Of a stretch of 64,000 nucleotides of DNA, positions 9,057-17,490 are shown piece after piece; within the stretch, counting starts at the first letter, position 1, and every line of letters begins with the position of its first letter. Origin of the DNA: Lachnospiraceae bacterium (GTDB lineage: Bacteria > Bacillota > Clostridia > Lachnospirales > Lachnospiraceae). The translations under genes and the position numbers were made by a program. The DNA lies in the NCBI GenBank assembly GCA_051880415.1, contig JBJENX010000050.1, positions 2,594 through 66,593 of the forward strand, in the 5' to 3' direction. The notes under the pieces were generated by a model that was not told where the DNA came from, did no database searches, and was given only the letters and a program-made list of their open reading frames with translations.

Positions 9057-9191
9057 CAGGAAGAGAAAATGGATTCCAAAAGGGATATTTGCGACTGTCA
9101 GTACTTAATGAGTGCAAAGCACGAATTTAGTACTGCTACGGGTCGCAATTAAGCGCAAGCGGTCCCGTATTGGAACCATTTTTCTCGCCTG
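9057..9191. repeat. Long imperfect palindromic element (family copy) in the leader of the 3D-domain gene
   Basis: The outer arms are CAGGAAGAGAAAATGGATTCCAA and TTGGAACCATTTTTCTCGCCTG. Inner pairings are GCGAC/GTCGC, CAGTAC/GTACTG and GTGC-AAA-GCAC. The core resembles 15665-15745. Confidence 0.7.
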
Positions 9192-9290
9192 ATGCATATT
9201 AGTTGAAAAGAATTATTTTGAATGATATAATCGGAAGCGTAAATAAAAACCGGCATACATAATGTGTATGAATTTTGAAGGTAGAAACTT

Positions 9291-10190
9291 ATGAAGAAGA
9301 AAGTGAAAGTCTCAACTGTAATTGGTACAGTGATTCTGCTTGTATGTACCGCGGGAATCGGATATACGGGATACAGGGTAATTGCAAAATCGGGGGAAGT
9401 CCCGGGTAAGCTTATGAGTTTATCAACAGCAGCTGATAACCTGTATTATAATAATGATATGTCCTATGTAAGAACCATGTCCCGGGTTCAGAAGGTGGAT
9501 TATGAAACAATGAAATATGGATATTTAGATGACGTGAATCTGGCAAGGATGGATTATCTGGATACTTATTATGACAATGAACGGATGGTAGAGGTTCGTG
9601 CGAAGAATGATTTGACCGCTATGGAGAACTGGTCGTCAGATGTGCTTGCTTATGAAGAATTCAAGGCAGAACAGGAAGAAGCTGCCAAGAAGGCAATTGC
9701 AGAAGCGGAAGCGGCAGAGGCAGCAGCGGAAGCAGCCAGAAAGGCGAAAATAGATGCTATTACTGCATCTATTTTGAAGACGGATGAGGTTTCTACCGGT
9801 TATATTGACGTTGGAGACAGTTCTAATCTTGGTTATGGAGATACGGCTACAAATGGCGGTGCTATCGGACCAAAGGTGATAGCAGATAAGCATGGAGAAA
9901 GCCTTGGAATATTTAATATAACGGCGTACTGTACATGCCGTGTATGTTGTGGTGTATATTCAGGAAGAAACCGAACCGCCAGTGGTACGGTGCCTACGTC
10001 TAACCGGACGGTTGCGGTTGACAGAAGTATTATTCCTTTTGGAACGAAGCTTGTAATTAACGGACAGGTATATGTGGCAGAGGATGTAGGTGGTGCAATT
10101 CAGGGAAAACATATTGATATGTTTTTCTATACCCATGCGGAAGCAACGAGATGGGGAAAACGTAATATGGAAGTGTTTTATTATGATTAA
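9291..10190 (+). CDS. Membrane-anchored 3D-domain (MltA/RlpA-like barrel) cell-wall protein
   Basis: N-terminal TM anchor. Ala/Glu-rich linker. The C-terminus reads FNITAYCTCRVCCG...RTASGTVP...VAVDRSIIPFGTKLVING..YVAEDVGGAIQGKHIDMF. Confidence 0.8.
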   Translation: MKKKVKVSTVIGTVILLVCTAGIGYTGYRVIAKSGEVPGKLMSLSTAADNLYYNNDMSYVRTMSRVQKVDYETMKYGYLDDVNLARMDYLDTYYDNERMVEVRAKNDLTAMENWSSDVLAYEEFKAEQEEAAKKAIAEAEAAEAAAEAARKAKIDAITASILKTDEVSTGYIDVGDSSNLGYGDTATNGGAIGPKVIADKHGESLGIFNITAYCTCRVCCGVYSGRNRTASGTVPTSNRTVAVDRSIIPFGTKLVINGQVYVAEDVGGAIQGKHIDMFFYTHAEATRWGKRNMEVFYYD

Positions 10191-10277
10191 GAAATCATTA
10201 CATATACTTGCGTATTTTGGGATAATATGTTAAAGATATAGAAGGAAATTAAATTGATAAAAAGAGAGGATAAAAAC

Positions 10278-11765
10278 ATGGCAGTAACATACAAAAGTAC
10301 ACGTAACAGTAATGAGACGGCAACAGCTTCTGAAGCGATATTAAAAGGTCTTGCAGAAAATGGTGGTTTGTTTGTACCGGATCATATTCCTGCATTAGAT
10401 GTAGATTTGAATGACCTTGCGAAAATGAGCTATCAGGAGGTTGCTTATGAGGTTATGAGCAGAATGCTTACGGACTTTACGGAAGAGGAGTTAAAATACT
10501 GTATTAACAGTGCTTACGACAAGAAGTTTGATACAGATGTAATTGCTCCTTTGGTAAAGAAAGCAGGTGCTAACTATTTGGAGTTATTCCATGGTTCTAC
10601 CATTGCATTTAAGGATATGGCTCTTTCCATTTTGCCATATTTATTAGTAACTTCAGCGAAAAAGAATAACATTAAAAATGATATTGTTATCCTTACTGCT
10701 ACCTCCGGAGATACAGGTAAGGCTGCATTAGCAGGTTTTGCAGATGTTCCGGGAACAAAAATAATTGTATTTTATCCAAAGAATGGTGTAAGCCCAATTC
10801 AGGAAAAACAAATGGTAACCCAAAAGGGTGATAATACGTCGGTAGTAGGTATTATCGGTAATTTTGACGATGCCCAGACCGGTGTGAAGAATATGTTTAA
10901 TGATAAGGTGCTTGCAAAAGATATGGATGATAAGGGATTCCAGTTTTCTTCTGCAAACTCAATTAATATTGGACGTCTGGTTCCTCAGATGGTTTACTAT
11001 GTATATGCCTATACACGTTTAGTGGCAGATGGAACCATTAAGGCGGGAGATAAGATAAATGTAGTGGTTCCAACAGGAAACTTTGGTAATATTCTTGCGG
11101 CTTTCTATGCAAAGGAAATGGGACTTCCTATTGCCAAATTTATCTGTGCGTCAAACGAGAATAAGGTATTGTTCGATTTCTTTGAAACAGGTGTATATGA
11201 TAAAAACAGAGAATTTATTTTAACTACATCACCTTCCATGGATATTTTGATATCAAGTAACTTAGAGCGGTTAATTTATAAGATTGCCGGTGATGATGCT
11301 AAAAAGAATGCAGAGCTTATGAAGGCACTTTCTTCACAGGGTAAATATGAGATAACAGAAGAAATGAAAAAGAATCTTTCAGAGTTTGCCGGTGGATATG
11401 CAAGTGAGGCTGAGTGTGCAGCAACAATTAAGAAGGTATATGAAGAAGATAATTATATCATGGATACCCATACAGCGGTGGCAGCAGCTGTATATGATAA
11501 GTATGTTACAGCAACAGGGGATAAGACTCCTACAGTGATTGCCTCAACAGCCAGCCCATATAAGTTTACAAGAAGTGTTATGGAAGCAATCGATCCTAAG
11601 TACGCAGCACAGGGTGACTTTGAATTAGTGGATGAATTAAATAAGTTATCCGGTGTTAAGATTCCTCAGGCAATTGAGGACATTAGAAGTGCAGCAGTGT
11701 TACATGACACTGTATGTGACAAGAGCGAAATGGAAGCTACCGTAAGAAATATTTTGGGATTATAA
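10278..11765 (+). CDS. thrC: Threonine synthase
   Basis: Has the FHGSTIAFKDMALS PLP-lysine motif and TATSGDTGKAA. ATG at 10278 follows a GAGAGGA RBS; the ORF-track start is 10254. Confidence 0.9.
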   Translation: MAVTYKSTRNSNETATASEAILKGLAENGGLFVPDHIPALDVDLNDLAKMSYQEVAYEVMSRMLTDFTEEELKYCINSAYDKKFDTDVIAPLVKKAGANYLELFHGSTIAFKDMALSILPYLLVTSAKKNNIKNDIVILTATSGDTGKAALAGFADVPGTKIIVFYPKNGVSPIQEKQMVTQKGDNTSVVGIIGNFDDAQTGVKNMFNDKVLAKDMDDKGFQFSSANSINIGRLVPQMVYYVYAYTRLVADGTIKAGDKINVVVPTGNFGNILAAFYAKEMGLPIAKFICASNENKVLFDFFETGVYDKNREFILTTSPSMDILISSNLERLIYKIAGDDAKKNAELMKALSSQGKYEITEEMKKNLSEFAGGYASEAECAATIKKVYEEDNYIMDTHTAVAAAVYDKYVTATGDKTPTVIASTASPYKFTRSVMEAIDPKYAAQGDFELVDELNKLSGVKIPQAIEDIRSAAVLHDTVCDKSEMEATVRNILGL

Positions 11766-11774
11766 GGTAAATGC

Positions 11775-11916
11775 AGACATTTGCGAAATAGTGATTTCAT
11801 ATAATACGTATTGTGAATATATACGAACTTTGCTCGGCTAACGTTCCTAATGCCGTCGCAAAGTTGTATATATTTCATAATACGTATATTTACATTATTG
11901 AGTTTCGCAAATGTCT
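11775..11916. repeat. Long imperfect palindromic element (family copy) downstream of thrC
   Basis: The termini are AGACATTTGCGAAA (11775-11788) and TTTCGCAAATGTCT (11903-11916). Inner arms are TATATACGAACTTTGC and GCAAAGTTGTATATA. Confidence 0.8.
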
Positions 11917-11948
11917 ATATTTACAGATAATTAGGGAGGTGAGATGAT

Positions 11949-13484
11949 ATGGATGCTTCTAAGGTAAGATATAGAGTGCAGAAAATGACAGAATTGACAG
12001 AAGATGAATTTATATCCTGTGCAGAGTTATTTAGTGCCAATTATGGATATTATCGTGAGGATTCGCCATTTCATCCGGGACAGTCGATACGAATGTCCGG
12101 TTCCTTTTTTGAACGAAAATACAGACATTCTAATGTGTATATAGCATCTGCAATATATCGAAAAAAAAGAGTGGGTCAGGCAATCTACATTCGTAAGCAT
12201 TATGAAGATGTGGGAACCATGACCTGGGTATTGCAGCTGGTTGTAGCAGATGGATATCGTAAGTATGGAATTGGAAGTCAATTGCTTCATTCCATTTGGG
12301 GATTTTCAAATGATTTTGCATGGGGATTGGCTACTGCAAATCCTTGTACCATCAAGGCGCTGGAGTCCGCAACATTTCGGAGATGTGACCCTGTATATAT
12401 AAAGGATAATTTAAAATATATTAAACGTTTAGCTGATGAAATTCATTTTGTTGATACGGAAGAATATATAGTTGATGAAGGGAATGGATCTTTTGTAAAT
12501 ACAGAATTTTTTGTGGATAATGCAGAATATGTGAATGCTTATAAACAGATTCCTGACTGGAAATTGGGAAAGTTAGAACCCGGATATGAGTGGCTTGCAT
12601 TTACATTTCGTGAACAGGATGTGGATAAACAAAGTTTTGAGAAACATTTTTCAAAAATGTTGGAATTCTCTGATGAAGGCCTTAAGGATGCCTATAGTCG
12701 TATGAATATGTCTTCCCAAGGTTGGACTAAGGGGACTTCCAATGAAGTTGATTATATTAAGTCTGTTGTTCCGAAACTACAGGGAACATCAAAGATTCTT
12801 GACTTAGGATGTGGGCTTGGACGACATGCATTGGCATTTAGTACTGAGGGATTCTCTGTCAAGGGTGTGGATTTTTCAAGTAATCATATTAATTATGCGA
12901 AAAAAAAGGCACTATCTTATCATGTACGAGATAATGTAAAATTTGTAACCAAAGATATCCGATCATTTTGTGATAATGAACAGTATGATTTGGTTTTGGC
13001 TTTGTATGACGTAATAGGTTCTTATCCTGGTAAAGAAGATAATATGAAAATATTACAAACCATAGTTTCTCATATGAAAAATGACGGATATTGTGTGATA
13101 TCAGTTATGAATATGGAGTTAACAAAATCCATTGTTCCGAAGTCGAATCATATAGATGTAGAAAAGGATATTCAAAAACTCTATGATTTACAACCTAGTT
13201 CTATTATGCAGATATCAGGGGATATTTTTAATCCGAAATATATTTTGATTGACAAAGATACAGATGTGATATATCGGAAAGAACAGTTTTCTGAGGATCG
13301 CAATCTTCCGGCAGAATATATTGTTCGAGATAAAAGATATATGAGAAATGAAATAGAAAATATGTTAGAAAGTGTTGGTTTAACAATTATTACATCAAGG
13401 TATGTACAAGCGGGACATTTTGATGTAGAATTGAGTGCGACTGACAATAGGGCAAAGGAAATATTAATAATTGCAAAAAAATAA
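11949..13484 (+). CDS. GNAT N-acetyltransferase / class I SAM-methyltransferase fusion protein
   Basis: The N-terminal part has a GNAT motif A-like LVVADGYRKYGIGSQLLHSIW. The C-terminal part has MTase motif I, ILDLGCGLGRHALAF..GVDFS. Confidence 0.7.
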   Translation: MDASKVRYRVQKMTELTEDEFISCAELFSANYGYYREDSPFHPGQSIRMSGSFFERKYRHSNVYIASAIYRKKRVGQAIYIRKHYEDVGTMTWVLQLVVADGYRKYGIGSQLLHSIWGFSNDFAWGLATANPCTIKALESATFRRCDPVYIKDNLKYIKRLADEIHFVDTEEYIVDEGNGSFVNTEFFVDNAEYVNAYKQIPDWKLGKLEPGYEWLAFTFREQDVDKQSFEKHFSKMLEFSDEGLKDAYSRMNMSSQGWTKGTSNEVDYIKSVVPKLQGTSKILDLGCGLGRHALAFSTEGFSVKGVDFSSNHINYAKKKALSYHVRDNVKFVTKDIRSFCDNEQYDLVLALYDVIGSYPGKEDNMKILQTIVSHMKNDGYCVISVMNMELTKSIVPKSNHIDVEKDIQKLYDLQPSSIMQISGDIFNPKYILIDKDTDVIYRKEQFSEDRNLPAEYIVRDKRYMRNEIENMLESVGLTIITSRYVQAGHFDVELSATDNRAKEILIIAKK

Positions 13485-13555
13485 TATACAAGACAGTTCG
13501 TTGGTACCATCCTGTCTATAAATAAAACTAGGGCTTGAAACATAGGTAGTATATT

Positions 13556-13598
13556 AGACACTTATATTCGGGACCCCTGAGTATAGGTGTCTTTTTTA
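13556..13598 (+). terminator. Intrinsic terminator
   Basis: AGACACTTATATTCGGG pairs with CCTGAGTATAGGTGTCT using G-U pairs. A T6 run follows. Confidence 0.75.
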
Positions 13599-13690
13599 AT
13601 TTTTTTATAATTTGACACAGAACCTCATGACTATAGTCTTGAGATTCTTTTGAAAGAGTATGAATTGAGGGGAATTGGAAAACGCATTAT

Positions 13691-13735
13691 GCGAAAGCGT
13701 GCCTTGCGTTGGACTATTTGTTTTGTACAATGTAG
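13691..13735. repeat. Partial copy of the palindromic-element family, upstream of queD
   Basis: GCGAAAGCGTGCCTTGCGTTGGACTATTTGTT aligns with GCGAGAGCGTGCCTGCGTGGATATTGTT at 15715-15745. Confidence 0.6.
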
Positions 13736-13790
13736 TTTAAGCAAGTTGCGTTTCCCAATTTGTGAAGGTTTTTGAAGGAAGGAGAAATAT

Positions 13791-14210
13791 ATGTACACAT
13801 TGCAAACAAATGCATGCTTTGACAGTGCCCATTTCCTTAAGGGGTATGAGGGTAAATGCAGTAACATACACGGACACCGCTGGATGGTTGAAGTGACGGT
13901 TGCCTCTGAGGATGTGGAGAAAGAGGGACAGATTCGGGGCATGATAGTGGATTTTAAAACATTGAAAAATGATTTGAAGAGTCTTGCAGATGAGCTTGAC
14001 CACAAACTGATTATAGAAGAGGGAAGCCTTAAGGAAAAAACAAAGGAGGCATTGCTTTCTGAGGAATTTTCCATTGTAGAGGTTCCTTTCCGACCTACCG
14101 CAGAAAATCTGGCAAAGTATTTTTATGATGAAATGGAAGAGAAGAATTATCAGGTGGTTTTGGTAAAAGTATATGAAACTCCAAATAATTGTGCAGGATA
14201 TAGCAGATAA
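13791..14210 (+). CDS. queD: 6-carboxy-5,6,7,8-tetrahydropterin synthase
   Basis: Has CFDSAHFLKGYEGKCSNIHGHRW and the expected size. A GGAAGGAG RBS lies upstream. Confidence 0.9.
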   Translation: MYTLQTNACFDSAHFLKGYEGKCSNIHGHRWMVEVTVASEDVEKEGQIRGMIVDFKTLKNDLKSLADELDHKLIIEEGSLKEKTKEALLSEEFSIVEVPFRPTAENLAKYFYDEMEEKNYQVVLVKVYETPNNCAGYSR

Positions 14211-14232
14211 TGAAAGTGGTAAAGTATAGGAA

Positions 14233-14904
14233 ATGAAAGTTGTTGAAAAGTTTGTAAGTATAAACGGTGAAGGGCAAAGGGCAGGGCAGCTTGCGTTGTT
14301 TATCCGTTTTGCCGGTTGTAATTTAAATTGTGAATATTGTGATACGAAATGGGCGAATCAAAAGGATGTTATCTATACAGAGTATACACCGGAGGAATTG
14401 GTTGACATAATACTGGATTCCGGAATATATAATATTACTCTTACAGGGGGAGAACCTTTGTTACAGAAGGATATGGCAAATCTTTTGATGTTACTGGGAG
14501 ACCGTAAACATTCCATGTTACATGTTGAGATAGAAACCAATGGCAGTGTGAATATTAAGCCATTTCTTGATTTAGATTTACCCTTTGTTACTTATACCAT
14601 AGATTACAAAACAGGTGCCAGTGGTATGGAAGGTAATATGTGTATGGATAATTTCTTAAATGTTCGGAAAGAGGACACTGTAAAGTTTGTGGTAGGCAGT
14701 CCTTCTGATATGAACCGGAGTAAAGAAATGATAGACGAATATAGTTTGATAGAAAAAGGCTGCGGCATCTATATAAGTCCCTGCTTTGGGAAAATAGAAC
14801 CTGCCGATATGGTGGATTTTTTAGTAAGAGAAAAATTAAATGGCGTAAATATACAGCTACAGTTACACAAATATATATGGGATCCCGATAAACGGGGTGT
14901 ATAA
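14233..14904 (+). CDS. queE: 7-carboxy-7-deazaguanine synthase (radical SAM)
   Basis: FIRFAGCNLNCEYCDTKW gives the Cx3Cx2C cluster motif. TLTGGEPL is also present. Confidence 0.9.
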   Translation: MKVVEKFVSINGEGQRAGQLALFIRFAGCNLNCEYCDTKWANQKDVIYTEYTPEELVDIILDSGIYNITLTGGEPLLQKDMANLLMLLGDRKHSMLHVEIETNGSVNIKPFLDLDLPFVTYTIDYKTGASGMEGNMCMDNFLNVRKEDTVKFVVGSPSDMNRSKEMIDEYSLIEKGCGIYISPCFGKIEPADMVDFLVREKLNGVNIQLQLHKYIWDPDKRGV

Positions 14905-14932
14905 GAGACAGATATAGTTAGGAGGATATAAA

Positions 14933-15511
14933 ATGGCAATTGACCAGGAAGCAATTAAGGAACATATAAGAGGCATTCTTGTGGCATTAGGGGATGACCC
15001 TAATCGGGAAGGACTTAAGGAAACACCGGACAGAGTGGCGAGAATGTATGCAGAAGTATTTGAAGGCATGAATTATACCAATGATGAACTGGCGGAGATG
15101 TTTTCAAAGAATTTTGAAATGCCGGAAAAAGCTTCTGACGATATGGTTTTAGTAAAGGATATTGAGGTGTTTAGTTATTGTGAACACCACATGGCATTAA
15201 TGTATGACATGAAGGTTTCTGTTGCATACCTTCCTCATGGCAAGGTGATCGGACTTAGTAAAATTGCCCGTATTGCAGATATGGTTGCTAAACGTCTTCA
15301 GTTACAGGAGCGTATCGGAAGTGATATTGCAGAAGTAATCAGTAAAGCAACAGGCTCCAAAGATGTGGCAGTCTATATTGAGGGAAATCACAGCTGCATG
15401 ACCGCCAGAGGAATTAAAAAGCCTTCTGCAAAAACAATCACCACAACCTTTAGAGGAAGATTTCAGGATGATATGAATCTGCAGAACCGATTCCTGATAC
15501 AGGCGAAGTGA
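14933..15511 (+). CDS. folE: GTP cyclohydrolase I
   Basis: Has [23 protein letters not shown] and [12 protein letters not shown]. Confidence 0.93.
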   Translation: MAIDQEAIKEHIRGILVALGDDPNREGLKETPDRVARMYAEVFEGMNYTNDELAEMFSKNFEMPEKASDDMVLVKDIEVFSYCEHHMALMYDMKVSVAYLPHGKVIGLSKIARIADMVAKRLQLQERIGSDIAEVISKATGSKDVAVYIEGNHSCMTARGIKKPSAKTITTTFRGRFQDDMNLQNRFLIQAK

Positions 15512-15566
15512 GTTTAGTACCGCTGCGAGACGAGGGTAGCGCAATCGTACCTGTGTCGAATTGTGG
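15510..15566. repeat. Direct-repeat unit 1 of the GAGTTTAGTACCGCTGCGAG element
   Basis: GAGTTTAGTACCGCTGCGAGACGAGGGTAGCG begins inside the folE stop codon. It repeats at 15689-15745, and a diverged copy occurs at 9123. Confidence 0.75.
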
Positions 15567-15583
15567 ATTTTGTATAACGTATT

Positions 15584-15793
15584 CAGGTAATTGCGAAACT
15601 TCTGAAAATGTATATTTAGTTGTGCAGATTTGACAAGCATCCTAAGCAGGTGCTTTGAGACCGCCGGCACTTAACGAGTGTGAAACACGAGTTTAGTACC
15701 GCTGCGAGGCGAGAGCAGCGAGAGCGTGCCTGCGTGGATATTGTTAAAACTGCACAACTTTTATAGAAAAACTAGGAGTTTCGCAATTACCTG
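15584..15793. repeat. ~210-nt imperfect palindromic element inside the que operon (between folE and queC)
   Basis: CAGGTAATTGCGAAACT (15584-15600) pairs with AGTTTCGCAATTACCTG (15777-15793). AGTTGTGCAG pairs with CTGCACAACT. The apex contains direct-repeat unit 2 (15689-15745). Confidence 0.8.
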
Positions 15794-15823
15794 GCATTTA
15801 TATATGTTAAAGGAGTGACGAGT

Positions 15824-16501
15824 ATGAATATGAATACAAGAAATAAGGATGCAGCAGTTGTTGTATTTAGTGGTGGACAGGACAGTACCACATGTCTTTT
15901 ATGGGCCATGAAACGTTATAAGGAGGTAGTTGCAGTTTCCTTTGACTATGGTCAGAAACATAAAGCTGAGCTTGCCTGCGCAAAGGAGATTACAACGCAG
16001 TTAGGGGTTGAATGGTATGTAATGGATATGTCATTGCTTAATCAGTTAGCACCAAATTCCTTAACAAGAGCTGATATATCCGTAGATGAAAATGCACCGG
16101 AGGAAGGGGCGCCAAACAGTGTGGTGGATGGACGTAATATGTTATTTCTTACCTTTGCAGGGGTGTTTGCCAAGCAGAGAGGAATTACGGATTTGGTTAC
16201 CGGTGTTTCCCAAAGCGATTTTTCAGGTTATCCGGATTGCCGGGATGTATTTATTAAGTCTTTAAACACAACATTAAATCTGGCCATGGATTATACATTT
16301 TGCATTGAGACTCCTCTTATGTGGATTGATAAGGCAGATACATGGAAACTGGCGGATGACCTGGGAGGACTTCAACTGGTCCGTGACAAGACCTTAACCT
16401 GTTATAACGGAATAAAAGGGGATGGATGCGGTCATTGCCCAAGCTGTAAGCTAAGACGTGAGGGATATGAGGAGTTCTTGAAGCGGTATAAAAATAAATA
16501 G
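15824..16501 (+). CDS. queC: 7-cyano-7-deazaguanine synthase
   Basis: Has the [15 protein letters not shown]-loop and the C-terminal zinc motif [13 protein letters not shown] at 15824 lies 8 nt after AAGGAG. Confidence 0.93.
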   Translation: MNMNTRNKDAAVVVFSGGQDSTTCLLWAMKRYKEVVAVSFDYGQKHKAELACAKEITTQLGVEWYVMDMSLLNQLAPNSLTRADISVDENAPEEGAPNSVVDGRNMLFLTFAGVFAKQRGITDLVTGVSQSDFSGYPDCRDVFIKSLNTTLNLAMDYTFCIETPLMWIDKADTWKLADDLGGLQLVRDKTLTCYNGIKGDGCGHCPSCKLRREGYEEFLKRYKNK

Positions 16502-16598
16502 GTATATGGATACATTGTTATTCACATGCATATATGGTATAGTGGGATATATTTTAGGTTAAATATATATAATGCATTATTGGAGGATGTCTGTTAAG

Positions 16599-17483
16599 AT
16601 GAAGAACCTTTTATTTATCATTAATCCTTCTGCAGGAAAGAAGGCAATCAGAAGCCGGTTATTTGAGATTGTGGATTTATTTGTTAAGGCAGATTATAAC
16701 GTCAGAGTATATCCGACGCAGTCAAAGGGAGATGCAACCCGTATTGCGTCAGAGGAAGGCTGGCTTTATGATCTGATTGTGTGTGCCGGAGGTGACGGCA
16801 CCATGGATGAGGTGGCTCAGGGAATTATGAAATGTGGCTGCGATACGCCGATTGGTTATATTCCATGTGGTACCACCAATGATTTTGCATGTAGTCTGGG
16901 AATTCCAAGGGACCCAATCCGTGCAGCAAAGAGGGTAATAAAATATCAGCCCCGTCCAACGGATATCGGAACCTTTAATGGGGATTACTTTAGCTATGTG
17001 GCAGCTTTTGGAGCATTTACGGAGGTTACCTATACAACTTCCCAGGAGATAAAAAACAGTATCGGTCATGCGGCATATTTGATTGAAGCCATTAAGAAAC
17101 TGCCAACATTAACCTCTTATCATATGAAGATTACATATGATGGTAATGTAATTGAGGATGATTTTATCATCGGAATGATAACCAATGCCTCCCAGATTGG
17201 CGGTTTCCCTACACCCAATGCGAAGCTGGCAGAATTTGATGATGGATTATTTGAGGCACTTTTTGTTAAGTACCCAACCAATCCTATTGATTTACAGGCT
17301 ACAGTAACAGCGTATTTTATGGGGGAAATGAATCCGGAATATATGTATCAGTTTAGGGCAGGTAAGATTATTGTGGAAAGCATTGAACCTATTGCATGGA
17401 CCTTTGATGGTGAATTTGGAGGAAATGTTACATATGCGGCAATTGTGAATTGTCAGAAAGCCCTTAACTTGATACGAAAGTAG
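16599..17483 (+). CDS. Diacylglycerol/lipid kinase family protein (YegS/DagK-like)
   Basis: Has LFIINPSAGKK and VCAGGDGTMDEV motifs. The start is ambiguous between 16572, 16587 and 16599. Confidence 0.85.
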   Translation: MKNLLFIINPSAGKKAIRSRLFEIVDLFVKADYNVRVYPTQSKGDATRIASEEGWLYDLIVCAGGDGTMDEVAQGIMKCGCDTPIGYIPCGTTNDFACSLGIPRDPIRAAKRVIKYQPRPTDIGTFNGDYFSYVAAFGAFTEVTYTTSQEIKNSIGHAAYLIEAIKKLPTLTSYHMKITYDGNVIEDDFIIGMITNASQIGGFPTPNAKLAEFDDGLFEALFVKYPTNPIDLQATVTAYFMGEMNPEYMYQFRAGKIIVESIEPIAWTFDGEFGGNVTYAAIVNCQKALNLIRK

Positions 17484-17490
17484 GTAGAAT

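Noticed and set aside
8931-9152. 73-aa ORF in the repeat-rich intergenic region
   Set aside because: It has no RBS and its composition is Cys/Tyr-rich and odd. It spans the duplicated promoter block and the nested-hairpin element, so it is more likely non-coding.
9057-9191. ydaO/c-di-AMP riboswitch upstream of the 3D-domain gene
   Set aside because: The gene context fits. However, the conserved GGGGA..CCC / CCCGA...GUCAGCUAACC blocks of the ydaO motif are not present, and only a vague GTCAG..TAA resemblance was seen.
13600-13790. Possible preQ1 riboswitch upstream of queD
   Set aside because: I could not find the preQ1-I hallmark (a short stem with a C-containing loop followed by an A-rich tail ending near the RBS) or preQ1-II features. 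Only a partial copy of the palindromic repeat family is present. A cmscan is still needed.
13631-14074. 147-aa and 88-aa minus-strand ORFs overlapping queD
   Set aside because: They are antisense shadows of a well-supported queD. They are Ser-rich and low-complexity, and they lack an RBS.
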